Below are positions 1 through 10,374 of a stretch of 64,000 nt of DNA, in pieces. Within the stretch, counting starts at the first letter, position 1. Every line of letters starts with the position of its first letter. The position numbers and the translations under genes were made by a program. The DNA is from Nitrospinaceae bacterium (lineage in GTDB: Bacteria; Nitrospinota; Nitrospinia; Nitrospinales; Nitrospinaceae): the NCBI GenBank assembly GCA_965223665.1, contig OZ245011.1, forward strand, positions 1,024,001 through 1,088,000, in the 5' to 3' direction. The notes below the pieces were generated by a model. That model saw nothing but the letters and a program-made list of their open reading frames with translations. It had not been told where the DNA came from and did not search any database.

Positions 1-1
1 C

Positions 2-997
2 TCAAACCAATACATAAAAATCATTTTCATTTTTATTCTTATATACGTTATCACTCTATGCATAGTTCCTTTAATCGGCCCAACCCAAATAGATTTTGTG
101 AAGGCATTCTCAAGCAGCATTCCCGCTAAAGACAATATCGACGCAAATATTTTATTTTTAGCGCGATTGCCTCGAATTTTATTAGGATCTATTGCCGGTG
201 GTTCTTTTGCAGTTGCAGGGGCCGTTTTACAGGCTTTGTTAAGAAATGATCTAGCAGCTCCTTTTACTTTGGGTGTTTCCAGTGGAGCAGCTTTAGGAGC
301 AGTTATAGCAATTAGCTTAAATTTAAATTTTGTAATTTTGGGTTTTTCTACCGTCCCACTGGCAGCTTTCCTGGGAGCATTAGGCGCCATTATTTTAGTT
401 TTTAGCTTAGTCAAAACACAACATGGAGATTTTCCTACTGCAGTCCTACTTTTAGCGGGAGTCGCAGCAAACTTTTTCTTTGCCTCACTTGTAATGTTCA
501 TTCATTACTTAGCCGACTTTACCAGGTCTTTCCAAATTGTAAGGTGGTTAATGGGAGGATTAGACACCACAGACTATCAAACCATCATGTCTCTATTTCC
601 ACTGGTTTTTTTTGGCGTTAGCATTCTAATTTTTTATTCCCGCGACATTAATTTAATCAGTGCCGGTTGGGATACTGCCAAAAGTAGAGGAGTGGATGTA
701 ATTCATGTACAAAAAATCGGTTTTGTCATGTCATCTCTTATTGCAGGCACAGTTGTGGCTGCCACCGGTCCCATTGGCTTTGTAGGACTTATTGTCCCAC
801 ACATCGTCAGGTTAATGGTAGGACCTGACTTAAGGATACTTATTCCCGCTTCGTTTTTCTTTGGAGCAAGTTTTTTGATAATTTGTGATACCATTGCCCG
901 CACCCTATTGGCTCCCTCTGAAATTCCTGTTGGAATAATTACAGCAATAATAGGAGGTCCATTTTTTGTATGGCTCCTAAAAAAACAATCCAGGTAA
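2..997 (+). CDS. FecCD/BtuC-family ABC transporter permease (cobalamin/iron), 5'-truncated by window edge
   Basis: RLPR, LLRNDLAAPFTLGVSSGA, GPIGFVGLIVPH and EIPVGIITA motifs; frame is open from base 2, upstream of the GTG at 98; adjacent to cobQ. Confidence 0.9.
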   Translation, partial: SNQYIKIIFIFILIYVITLCIVPLIGPTQIDFVKAFSSSIPAKDNIDANILFLARLPRILLGSIAGGSFAVAGAVLQALLRNDLAAPFTLGVSSGAALGAVIAISLNLNFVILGFSTVPLAAFLGALGAIILVFSLVKTQHGDFPTAVLLLAGVAANFFFASLVMFIHYLADFTRSFQIVRWLMGGLDTTDYQTIMSLFPLVFFGVSILIFYSRDINLISAGWDTAKSRGVDVIHVQKIGFVMSSLIAGTVVAATGPIGFVGLIVPHIVRLMVGPDLRILIPASFFFGASFLIICDTIARTLLAPSEIPVGIITAIIGGPFFVWLLKKQSR

Positions 998-1000
998 ACC

Positions 1001-2515
1001 ATGAAAGCAAAACCATTAATGATACAAGGAACCGGATCAGGAGTTGGAAAGAGCATAATTACCGCAGGGTTATGCAGACATTTCTATAAACAGGGATATA
1101 AGGTTGCGCCCTTTAAGGCTCAAAATATGTCTTTGAACTCCTTCATCACAAAAGAGGGAGGAGAAATGGGTCGAGCTCAAGTTTATCAGGCAGAAGCTTG
1201 TAATATTGAGCCCCATGTAGCTATGAACCCAGTCTTATTAAAACCCTGCGAGGATAATTTATCCCAGGTCATAGTTATGGGAAAAGTTTACGGTCAAAGA
1301 AATGCAAAGGATTATTATTTAGAAAAACCCTCTTATGTTGATCAGGTAAATTCAGCTTATAATTTTCTTAAGGAACGATTCGAAATTATAGTTATAGAAG
1401 GAGCTGGTTCTCCCGCCGAAATTAATCTAAAAAACAAAGACTTTGTAAATATGTTCATGGCAAAAAAATCTAATTCACCTGTCCTACTTGTAGGTGACAT
1501 TGATTGTGGCGGTGTGTTTGCCTGGCTCAAGGGAACCCTCGATCTCTTAGAACCCGACGAACAAGACAGAATAGCGGGTTTTATCATAAATAAATTTAGA
1601 GGAGACATTGACCTTCTAAAACCAGGTTTAAACCAATTGGAAGATATGACAGGAAAACCGGTTTTGGGTGTTTTACCTTTCGATCCCAATCTTTTTGTAG
1701 ATGAAGAGGACGCAATTCCTCATTTATCTAAAGGCGCAAATAATTATCATAGTGAATGCCTGGATATAGCTGTCATAAGATTCCCAAGAATATCTAATTT
1801 TACCGATATGTCTCCCTTAGTGCATGATCCCAATATTTCCCTAAGATATATTTGGAATACTCAACAATTGGGTTCTCCAGATTTAATAATATTGCCTGGC
1901 TCAAAAAATACAATTGCGGATTTACAATTTTTAAAAAACCAAAATTTGGATAAAGCGATTAAAAATGTTCACAAGCAAGGTACTCCTGTCCTAGGAATTT
2001 GTGGGGGTTTTCAAATGATGGGGCAGACACTGTTTGACCCAGACCAGGTAGATGGAAAAGATAAATTTGAAACAGGGCTAGGATTAATCAAATCGGAAAC
2101 AACCTTTCACAAAAACAAAACCACAAAACAAGTTTCATCAGTTACAATCCCCAATCCGCTTATGGAAGCGGGAATACTAGTGGAGGGCTATGAGATTCAT
2201 ATGGGAAAAACTGAATTCAAAGAAACTTATGTCCCACTATTTAAAAATGAAAACCAACTTCTTAATGAATCTCTGGGGATATCAAATTCCCGAGGAGACA
2301 TTTTAGGGACATATCTTCACGGAATTTTAGATAAAGATTTTTTTAGAAATACTTTTTTGAACTACGTTAGGAAATACCGAGGAAAACCTTTATCAAACGA
2401 GTTCTGGAATTATCAGGAGTTTCGTTTTGAGCAATTGGATAAGTTAGAACACCTAATTAGTCAGAATTTAGACGTAAAAAAAATCAGTAAAATAATGGGG
2501 TTATCAAATGAATGA
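1001..2515 (+). CDS. cobQ: Cobyric acid synthase
   Basis: LMIQGTGSGVGKS, PFKAQNMSLNS, EGAGSPAEIN, glutamine amidotransferase GICGGFQM, GTYLHG. Confidence 0.96.
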   Translation: MKAKPLMIQGTGSGVGKSIITAGLCRHFYKQGYKVAPFKAQNMSLNSFITKEGGEMGRAQVYQAEACNIEPHVAMNPVLLKPCEDNLSQVIVMGKVYGQRNAKDYYLEKPSYVDQVNSAYNFLKERFEIIVIEGAGSPAEINLKNKDFVNMFMAKKSNSPVLLVGDIDCGGVFAWLKGTLDLLEPDEQDRIAGFIINKFRGDIDLLKPGLNQLEDMTGKPVLGVLPFDPNLFVDEEDAIPHLSKGANNYHSECLDIAVIRFPRISNFTDMSPLVHDPNISLRYIWNTQQLGSPDLIILPGSKNTIADLQFLKNQNLDKAIKNVHKQGTPVLGICGGFQMMGQTLFDPDQVDGKDKFETGLGLIKSETTFHKNKTTKQVSSVTIPNPLMEAGILVEGYEIHMGKTEFKETYVPLFKNENQLLNESLGISNSRGDILGTYLHGILDKDFFRNTFLNYVRKYRGKPLSNEFWNYQEFRFEQLDKLEHLISQNLDVKKISKIMGLSNE

Positions 2516-3089
2516 TAATTCAACATAGAGAGTCCCCTTTCAAAAATGAAAACCAAACGTTACTCAAATATAGCCAACCAACGAAGTTCATAAATTCATC
2601 CGTTTCTAAAACACCTACAAAGAATTCTTTACATTCTATATCTCCTTCTTCAAAAAAATTAATTTGTAAACCATCTTCCGGTGTGCAGTTTGTGAGTTTT
2701 TCAGCCCATGAATCAAAATCGACAAATATTACCCAACCTCTTCCTCTTTCTACAAAAACCTCTATAATAAAAAATATTCCCTTAGGATCAGAGACTAAGA
2801 AACTATGGGCGTTATTCACTCACAAAGTTAGAAAAATAGTTGATCTCGCAAAACATTATTCTCGGAAAGTACTTCGCCGGAGTTGGCTAGGACAGCCTGT
2901 GGTTAGCTTCACTCTCGACCGTAGCGGAAAAATCATTAATTTATCCTTGGAAAAAACATCAGGCCACGATATTTTAGATAAAATTGTTTTAGAAACTGTT
3001 AATAAAGCAGAACCTTATCCTAAATTTCAAAGGCACTAAAGTTGCAATCCCATAAATTTGAACTTCCAATATCTTTTAACTTGGATTAA
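2512..3089 (+). pseudogene. TonB C-terminal domain protein with apparent 1-nt frameshift near 3028
   Basis: VVSFTLDRSGKI..SGHDILD..AEPYPKF; adding one base continues as PKALKLQSHKFELPISFNLD* ending at 3089, 2 nt before the next ATG; no N-terminal TM anchor visible. Confidence 0.65.
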
Positions 3090-3091
3090 AA

Positions 3092-3823
3092 ATGAAAAAA
3101 ACAATAATTTTATTTTCATTAATTTTCATATTTGTCCCCCTTTCTCTTTCCGCTAAAACCTTGAAGATAGATTCCGATGGGGATGGAAACATTGACCAAT
3201 GGCAATACCTATCTGAAAACGAAGCTATTTTGAAAATTGTTTACGACAAAAATCGAGACAGACGAGCTGATCAAATCGATTATTATAATGAAAACTCAAC
3301 CGTAATAAGGACGGCCATTGATAGAAATTTGGACGGCAAAATGGATCAGTATCAATATTATAGCAATGATGCCGTTCTGCTTCGAATAGAAAAGGATACT
3401 GATTTTAAGGGAAGAATAAATTGGAAAGAACTATATTCCCCCGAGGGATTAATTCAACGAATTTCCATTGACTCAGATTCTAATGGCCGATTTGATACTT
3501 GGAAACTTTTTGATAAAAATGAAAAACTGGTACGGATTGAAAGAGATCTTAACCAAGATGGCAAGATAGATACATGGGATATATTTAATCAAAGCGGTAA
3601 CTTCTTATACAGTGCTTTTGATACCAATGAAGATAAAATAGCAGACCAGTGGCATTATTTTTCAGAAAATAACTTGTTAGATAGAATCGAATTTGATAGA
3701 AATTTTGATCGGAAAATTGATAGATGGGAGTACTATTCAAAAGGAAATTTAGATCGAATTGAATTAGACCGAAATTTTGATGGAAAATTAGATCTGGTAA
3801 AAAGGGAGGGAGAGGAAAAATAA
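3092..3823 (+). CDS. Secreted protein with nine ~25-aa DxDxDGxxDxW repeats
   Basis: Signal peptide; repeats such as DSDGDGNIDQW, DRNLDGKMDQY, DLNQDGKIDTW, DRNFDRKIDRW. Confidence 0.8.
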   Translation: MKKTIILFSLIFIFVPLSLSAKTLKIDSDGDGNIDQWQYLSENEAILKIVYDKNRDRRADQIDYYNENSTVIRTAIDRNLDGKMDQYQYYSNDAVLLRIEKDTDFKGRINWKELYSPEGLIQRISIDSDSNGRFDTWKLFDKNEKLVRIERDLNQDGKIDTWDIFNQSGNFLYSAFDTNEDKIADQWHYFSENNLLDRIEFDRNFDRKIDRWEYYSKGNLDRIELDRNFDGKLDLVKREGEEK

Positions 3824-4218
3824 TGCTTCATTGTAAAAGAAATATTGCGTTTTTATCTATACTGTTATTCTTAACTTCTTGTTCGCCACAACCTACAGTC
3901 GAAGTCCCGGCCGAATTTAAAAAAGGACAAGAATATTTTCATCGTGTTTGCTCTAATTGCCATGGTTCTGACGCAATGGGAGGTCATACCAAAGCTCCAC
4001 GTTTGATAGACACGGATTACATCATTAGTGAATTTTCAGATGAAGATATTCGAGAAACCATTTTAAATGGTACGGATAAAATGCCCTCCCAAAAAACTAA
4101 CGTTACTCAAGAGGAAATTACAGAAATTATTAAATACTTAAGGTACTCCCAAAAAGTGGCTGATTTAGTAATTGAGGAGGATGAACCAGAGGAAGATGAA
4201 GAGCAAGAAGAAGAATAG
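3823..4218 (+). CDS. Monoheme cytochrome c lipoprotein with acidic tail
   Basis: Lipobox LTSC, CSNCH heme motif, distal Met in KMP, Glu-rich C-terminus. Confidence 0.9.
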   Translation: MLHCKRNIAFLSILLFLTSCSPQPTVEVPAEFKKGQEYFHRVCSNCHGSDAMGGHTKAPRLIDTDYIISEFSDEDIRETILNGTDKMPSQKTNVTQEEITEIIKYLRYSQKVADLVIEEDEPEEDEEQEEE

Positions 4219-4277
4219 TTGCACCAATACCATTTCTGACATTTTTCCAATCATTTAAAACTGATAATCAGGTTGTC

Positions 4278-4306
4278 TTGACAGAGCAATCGATTTTGGC
4301 TAAATT
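4278..4306 (+). promoter_or_regulatory. Putative sigma70 promoter of dapL
   Basis: TTGACA-17 nt-TAAATT. Confidence 0.6.
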
Positions 4307-4360
4307 GGTCCCTTTTTTATCCCCTATTCAAATTACCTGACCCTGGAGGAAGCTCTATAT

Positions 4361-5602
4361 ATGTCAATCGATGAAAGTTATATTCAAAATTGTTTTGCGG
4401 ACAGATTAGGTGGGAACCAATTTGGCAAAGACACCAAAATTTACAAGTTCGAAAAAATTAAGCGGGCTAAAAAAGCCGCTCTGGAAGCCAACCCTGGAAA
4501 AGAATTATTCGATATGGGTGTTGGGGAACCCGATGAAATGGCTCATCCCGGAGTGGTTAAAGCTTTACAATTGGAAGCAGAAAAGCCGGAAAACCGAGGT
4601 TACACAGATAACGGAATTGAAGAATTCAAAGAAGCGGCTGTTAAATATATGGAAACCACTTTTGGTGTGAAGGGATTAGATCCTAAAAAACATGTTAACC
4701 ACTCCATAGGTTCCAAACCGGGTTTAGCTTTAATTCCCAATATTTTTATTAATCCCGGTGATATTACATTGATGACAGTTCCGGGATATCCTGTAATGGG
4801 AACCCATACTCAATACCTGGGAGGGAAAGTCATCAATCTGCCATTAACAGAAGACAATAATTTTTTACCAAACTTGAAAGATATTGACGCCGAAACCGCA
4901 AAAAAAACCAAACTCCTTTATATAAATTATCCCAATAATCCTACAGGTGCTAATGCCACTAAAGAATTTTATGAAGAAGTTGTAGAGTTTGCAAAAGCTA
5001 ACAATATTATTGTCATACAGGATGCAGCTTATGCGACCTTAACTTATGACGAGTCCCCACTTAGTTTCCTCTCAGTTCCAGGGGCATTAGATGTGGGCGC
5101 AGAGCTTCATTCTCACTCTAAAGCCTACAACATGACCGGATGGAGATTAGCTTTTATTGTAGGAAATGAGTTAGTTGTAAAGGGTTTTGCCAATGTGAAA
5201 GACAATATTGATTCCGGTCAATTTGCAGCTATTCAAAAAGCAGGGATCTATGCTTTAGAACACCCTGAAATTACAAAAGAGATTGTTGAAAAATATAAAC
5301 GTCGATTAAAGAATCTGGTGGATACTTTAAACTCAGTTGGTTTTTCGGCAAAAATGCCTGGAGGTTCATTTTTTCTTTATGCCAAGGCCCCAATTGGAAT
5401 TAAAGGTGGACAAAAGTTTGAAAATGCAGAAGCATTTTCTCAATATTTAATAACCGAGCATTCGATTTCAACGGTGCCCTGGGATGACGTGGGAAGTTTT
5501 GTCCGATTTTCTGCAACCTTTGCAGCCAAAAGCATCGACGAAGAACAAAGAATTATGAATGAAATTCGAACTCGACTTTCAAAAGTAGAATTTGAATTTT
5601 AA
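4361..5602 (+). CDS. dapL: LL-diaminopimelate aminotransferase (class I PLP)
   Basis: NYPNNPTGA, DAAY, SHSKAYNMTGWR; N-terminal FADRLGG..FGK..IYKFEKIKRAK typical of this family. Confidence 0.85.
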   Translation: MSIDESYIQNCFADRLGGNQFGKDTKIYKFEKIKRAKKAALEANPGKELFDMGVGEPDEMAHPGVVKALQLEAEKPENRGYTDNGIEEFKEAAVKYMETTFGVKGLDPKKHVNHSIGSKPGLALIPNIFINPGDITLMTVPGYPVMGTHTQYLGGKVINLPLTEDNNFLPNLKDIDAETAKKTKLLYINYPNNPTGANATKEFYEEVVEFAKANNIIVIQDAAYATLTYDESPLSFLSVPGALDVGAELHSHSKAYNMTGWRLAFIVGNELVVKGFANVKDNIDSGQFAAIQKAGIYALEHPEITKEIVEKYKRRLKNLVDTLNSVGFSAKMPGGSFFLYAKAPIGIKGGQKFENAEAFSQYLITEHSISTVPWDDVGSFVRFSATFAAKSIDEEQRIMNEIRTRLSKVEFEF

Positions 5603-5621
5603 TTGTTAGGAGCATCGATCC

Positions 5622-6110
5622 ATGGCGTCAACTGTTTTCCTGGGGCTAGGATCTAATTTGGGCAACCCAAAGGAAAATATTCTGCGGGCCATTCAACAAT
5701 TGCAATTGCTTCCTAATACAAAATTATTAAATCAATCTTCTTTATATCGCACTGAGCCATTTGGAAAAACAGATCAAAGCTGGTTTTTAAACTCTGTTGT
5801 TCAAATACTGACTGATTTCTCTCCACAGGAACTACTGTTTTCTCTAATGGCCTTGGAAAGAGGAATGGGCCGCATGCGGATAGAAAAATGGGGCCCACGA
5901 ATAATTGATTTAGATATCTTGTATTTTGATGATTTGGTATTAAACGAAGAAGAACTAAAAATTCCGCACCCAGGAATTTCAGAAAGAGATTTTGTTTTAG
6001 TTCCCCTCAATGAAATAGCTCCTGATTACATTCATCCATATCTCCATAAAACCAACAAACAATTGTTAGAAGAATTACCCGAACCGCAACAGGTTGAAAA
6101 ACTTGATTAA
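5622..6110 (+). CDS. folK: 2-amino-4-hydroxy-6-hydroxymethyldihydropteridine diphosphokinase
   Basis: LGLGSNLG, WGPRIIDLDIL, IPHP. Confidence 0.96.
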   Translation: MASTVFLGLGSNLGNPKENILRAIQQLQLLPNTKLLNQSSLYRTEPFGKTDQSWFLNSVVQILTDFSPQELLFSLMALERGMGRMRIEKWGPRIIDLDILYFDDLVLNEEELKIPHPGISERDFVLVPLNEIAPDYIHPYLHKTNKQLLEELPEPQQVEKLD

Positions 6111-7300
6111 ATTTCTGCTGTTTTTAATTCTAATATCTCCATTTTTTCTATCGCTTCGGACATTAATTGTTGCCAGGGATATTTCAATTCATCTTCATTC
6201 ATATACTTTGATTTGCCCCGTGTCACTGGTTTCGGAGGCATAAAAACAGAGCAACAATCCGGATGAGGTTCAATACTTATTTCATAAGTTTCCAACGCTT
6301 TAGCCTCTGAAATAATTTCTTGTTTCCCCATTCCAATCAAGGGACGAAATACACTCATTGTAACCACTTCTGAAACTACACTTAAGTTCTCTAAAGTTTG
6401 TGAAGCCACTTGGCCTAAAGATTCACCTGTCACTAAACCTTTATATCCAAATGATTGTGCCACCGCTTCAGCAATTCGATACATCATTCTTCTATATAAA
6501 ACCACTCGATTACTGGGAGTGCATTGATCGCGAATAGAAATCTGAATATTTTCAAAAGGAACAACAAATAATTTGCCTTTACCTTGAAAACGGTTCAAAA
6601 CTTTCGCTAGACGTAAAACCTTATCGTACCCCCCTCGTCCCATAAAAGGTTGATTATCAAAAAATATTCCATGGGCTATACATCCTCTACGTATCATTCG
6701 AAACATAGCCACTGGACTATCAATTCCCCCGGAAATCATACCCAAAACTGGACCGGAACTGCCCACTGGCAACCCACATAACCCCTTAATGCGGTTAGAA
6801 AAAATGACTGTTTGTTCCTGTCCGATTTCAATTTCCAATACATACTCTGCTTCATTAATGTTTACCCTTAACCCATTCGGTTGCAAATTCGCCATAATCC
6901 GACCCCCAACTTCACGGTCGATTTCTTGTGAAGTATGAGGAAACAACTTATTAGACCTTTGAGTACGAACACAAAATTTCAATTCACTTTTATTTTTTAA
7001 TATAGGATCTATCCAATCAATGCCAATCTTCGCAAGTTTGTCGAAATCTGGCTCTGTTTCAATTCCTACACTCATTGATGAAATCCCCGGAACAAATTGT
7101 AGTCCATTAATACAATCCTCAACTTGACTTTCAAGACAAGCAATCATGACTCGACCATGAGGAGCTCTTATTCGAATATTTTTTAATTCCCTAAGTTTTT
7201 GTTGAATATTGCTAACCAGGCAATCGATGAACATCCAGCGATTCTTGCCTTTAAGTCCAATTTCGTCGTATCGAATTAAAATGGTTCTATCTTTGTTCAT
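6107..7300 (-). CDS. thiI: tRNA 4-thiouridine synthase, THUMP plus PP-loop, no rhodanese domain
   Basis: EIGLKGKNR, SGGIDSPVA, TGESLGQVASQT, PDCC. Confidence 0.95.
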   Translation of the reverse strand: MNKDRTILIRYDEIGLKGKNRWMFIDCLVSNIQQKLRELKNIRIRAPHGRVMIACLESQVEDCINGLQFVPGISSMSVGIETEPDFDKLAKIGIDWIDPILKNKSELKFCVRTQRSNKLFPHTSQEIDREVGGRIMANLQPNGLRVNINEAEYVLEIEIGQEQTVIFSNRIKGLCGLPVGSSGPVLGMISGGIDSPVAMFRMIRRGCIAHGIFFDNQPFMGRGGYDKVLRLAKVLNRFQGKGKLFVVPFENIQISIRDQCTPSNRVVLYRRMMYRIAEAVAQSFGYKGLVTGESLGQVASQTLENLSVVSEVVTMSVFRPLIGMGKQEIISEAKALETYEISIEPHPDCCSVFMPPKPVTRGKSKYMNEDELKYPWQQLMSEAIEKMEILELKTAEI

Positions 7301-8487
7301 GAGTGAGAAGCATGCTGTTTGAAAAGGGAAAACAATTCATCATAGAATTTAGCAAATTGGACTATAAACTTGTCTATTTCTTGGATGGTATTATTGCGAT
7401 TAAAAGAAATCCTCAAACTGCAACGGGCTTCTTGAGGAGACAACCCAATTCCAATCAATATTTTTGATGGTTCTTTAGAATGAGCACTACAGGCACTCCC
7501 TAGTCCTACAAAAATATTTTCTTTCTCCAAGTGGTGAAGAATAATTTCTCCTTCTACAGGGAAAAATGAAAAGTTCACAATCCCTGGAGATTGAAAGGGA
7601 TCATTTGGATTTGGGGAAGAATTGAATTTTAAATTCAAATGAGGCATTTTGTCATTTAAATCATTTAATCTCTTAATCAAATAATTGCTCAGTTTTTCTA
7701 AATGCTCTTTCGTTTCTTCCTGATGTTTAATGGCAATTTTGATGGTTTCTGCAACCCCTATTATTAGAGGTACTGGGAGTGTCCCTGATAACAGACCAAA
7801 TTGCTGGTTCCCTCCATGTATTAAAGGATTTAATGATAAGTTTCCATCAAAAATCAATAAGCCAATCCCTTTAGGCCCATGTATTTTATGTGCTGATATG
7901 GAATATCCGGAAACATTTCCCCAAAGCTCCTTATCCAACTTTATTTTACCGACTGCCTGCACTCCATCCAAAAATAAGCGTGTCTTAGAGGATACACCTT
8001 TTAGAATAGGCGCCACATGCAATGGATCATTAATACTTCCCAGTTCATTATTTACATGTGACAGGCAAAGCAACTTTACTTTTTTATCCTTTAATTCAGA
8101 AATACCCTTTAAGTCTAAGGTTCCGTTTTTTTGATATTTTAAAAGGGAAATTGAAGCATTTCCCATTTCATTAAAGTACTCTAATGTTTTGGAAACACTT
8201 GGATGCTCCAGTCCCAAATTTGCAGCCAATTTATCGGGAAAACATAACCCTTTAATAAATAAATTATTGGAAGCACTACCTCCACTAGTAAAAACTATTT
8301 TGAAGCGGGCAGGAATATTCAAGCTTTCACGAATTGAGGTTTCAGCGTCTTCAATTTTCTTTTTTGCATCTAAACCTAAACTATAAACAGTTCCTGAGTT
8401 TCCAAAATCTTTTCGAAAAGACTCTTCTATTACACCTATCACTTCAGGATCCATAGGTGTGGTTGCTGCATTATCAAAATAAATCAT
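7297..8487 (-). CDS. Cysteine desulfurase (IscS/NifZ type) paired with thiI
   Basis: YFDNAATT, SAHKIHGPKG, GSACS. Confidence 0.93.
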   Translation of the reverse strand: MIYFDNAATTPMDPEVIGVIEESFRKDFGNSGTVYSLGLDAKKKIEDAETSIRESLNIPARFKIVFTSGGSASNNLFIKGLCFPDKLAANLGLEHPSVSKTLEYFNEMGNASISLLKYQKNGTLDLKGISELKDKKVKLLCLSHVNNELGSINDPLHVAPILKGVSSKTRLFLDGVQAVGKIKLDKELWGNVSGYSISAHKIHGPKGIGLLIFDGNLSLNPLIHGGNQQFGLLSGTLPVPLIIGVAETIKIAIKHQEETKEHLEKLSNYLIKRLNDLNDKMPHLNLKFNSSPNPNDPFQSPGIVNFSFFPVEGEIILHHLEKENIFVGLGSACSAHSKEPSKILIGIGLSPQEARCSLRISFNRNNTIQEIDKFIVQFAKFYDELFSLFKQHASHS

Positions 8488-8501
8488 AAACTCAAGGAAA
8501 G

Positions 8502-9056
8502 TTAGGGTTGGTAGGGTTTAAATAAATCGTGTTCAACATCCAAGTGATTTAATATTCTGCCTACAACAAAATTAACTAAATCTATAATATTTTTAGGTTG
8601 GTTATAAAACCCTGGATTTGCTGGCAAAATAAGTGCTCCAGCCTGATCAAGCGTCAGCAGGTTTTTCAGGTGAATTGTACTTAAGGGTGTTTCTCTTGGA
8701 ACAACTATCAATTTATTTTTTTCTTTTAAGACCACATCTGCCGAACGCTCAATTAGAGATTGGGAAATACCTGAAGCAATCCTTCCAATAGTTCCCATAC
8801 TGGCAGGAACTATCACCATACCATCTGTCGGAAAAGAACCACTGGCAATACTTGAATTGATTTTTGAATTCTTATATAAAGTCACATTTTCTTTTTCAAA
8901 ATAATTCAACGAGATGTCTAATTCCAATTTAAGCAATTCAAAACTTCGCTCTGAAATAATTACATGCAATTCTGATCTGGGTTGTAAATAATCAAAAAGA
9001 TGCTTTGCATAAACCACCCCACTTGCACCAGTAATGGCTAAAATAAATCGTTTCAT
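8502..9056 (-). CDS. ubiX: Flavin prenyltransferase
   Basis: ITGASG, IASGS, PRETPL, PGFY. Confidence 0.94.
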   Translation of the reverse strand: MKRFILAITGASGVVYAKHLFDYLQPRSELHVIISERSFELLKLELDISLNYFEKENVTLYKNSKINSSIASGSFPTDGMVIVPASMGTIGRIASGISQSLIERSADVVLKEKNKLIVVPRETPLSTIHLKNLLTLDQAGALILPANPGFYNQPKNIIDLVNFVVGRILNHLDVEHDLFKPYQP

Positions 9057-9670
9057 TTAACCTGTTTTTTCAAAACAATATCTACCTCTTTTACTATAGA
9101 ATGATGAACCGCTTCTACAGGCAGATCACTATTAATAATTTTAATATGTGAACCCGAAAACGAATCAAAAATGTTTTGAACCTGATTCAAATACTCTTTT
9201 TTTTCGAATGAACTAAAGTTTTCTCGCCCTTCTCGAATTCTTTTAAAGCTTTCTTCTATTGTTCCCCGAAATAACAAAACCAAATCCGGACGTGGGGCAA
9301 ATGTCTCGTTTTCTTCACAAATCTTATTGGGGTCAAAACCCAATGCACCTTGATAAGCAGCAGTGGAATAATAATATCTATCTACTAATACAATTTTTTT
9401 TTCCCTTAAAGCAGGCAAAATATTAAGATCAACATCCTCACGTCGGTCATTCATAAAATATTGCAATTCCTCTTCGGCTGAAATATCACCCCTGCCATGA
9501 GTCAAAATATTTCGAATTTTTTGCCCCCATTTACCTTGCGTCGGTTCTCTTAACCGTAAAACTGAAAATCCATTAATTTCTAAATAATCTCCCAGCAACT
9601 TACATTGAGTGGACTTTCCTGTACCATCAATCCCCTCAAAAGCAATTAAATATCCCCTTGATCTTTCCAC
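9053..9670 (-). CDS. tmk: Thymidylate kinase
   Basis: FEGIDGTGKST, REP, DRYYYSTAAYQG. Confidence 0.95.
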   Translation of the reverse strand: MERSRGYLIAFEGIDGTGKSTQCKLLGDYLEINGFSVLRLREPTQGKWGQKIRNILTHGRGDISAEEELQYFMNDRREDVDLNILPALREKKIVLVDRYYYSTAAYQGALGFDPNKICEENETFAPRPDLVLLFRGTIEESFKRIREGRENFSSFEKKEYLNQVQNIFDSFSGSHIKIINSDLPVEAVHHSIVKEVDIVLKKQVK

Positions 9671-9830
9671 TTAATATCCAATTTAGGTTTGTTGCTTTTA
9701 TAGGTGAATTATTCCATAATAAAAAAGAAAATTTGGGATGATTCCAACCTATAATCACTGAATTAAATTATTAAAAACATTGGTTATTCATTTCTTAACA
9801 TCATAACAGTTATAAAACAAGGCTTGTATA

Positions 9831-10364
9831 GTGAAAAAATTCTGGAAAGGTTTTGGATTGGTTTGCTTGGGGATTTTTCTTCAATTTAAATTTAACGTCC
9901 TGTATGGAATTGTATTTCTAGAAAACCTTAATTTCCACGATCGTACTTATTTCGTAAAAATGAACCTAATTCCAACAGACGAAAAATTAAGAGTACTGAA
10001 AGTGGAAACTACTGTACATCATTCCTTAGGACCTGATTATTTTGCAAATGTATATATCCCTGATAAATATAAGGTTTTAAATAAAAAAACCTATTTAGGC
10101 ACGGAAACAATTAAGGGATATAATGCTTATAAGATGAATATGAAACGAGTTTATAGAGATGTCCTAAGTGCAGAGGATTTTATAATTATGCCTGTGAATA
10201 CCAATGAGGATGTAGAAGCTACACCTATCCTGGTCCATTTCGAAAATATGAACCAGAGACTTCATAAAGACTCTACCTATAAAATAGCCACGGTTCAACA
10301 AAATACCAATTTGGATGGCCCGGAAATAGCCGAGGCCAAATACCCACAACAATTAGGCATGTAG
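9831..10364 (+). CDS. Hypothetical membrane-anchored protein
   Basis: 177-aa ORF with N-terminal hydrophobic segment, 10 nt before the DnaJ-like gene. Confidence 0.7.
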   Translation: MKKFWKGFGLVCLGIFLQFKFNVLYGIVFLENLNFHDRTYFVKMNLIPTDEKLRVLKVETTVHHSLGPDYFANVYIPDKYKVLNKKTYLGTETIKGYNAYKMNMKRVYRDVLSAEDFIIMPVNTNEDVEATPILVHFENMNQRLHKDSTYKIATVQQNTNLDGPEIAEAKYPQQLGM

Positions 10365-10374
10365 CATTTCAGAT

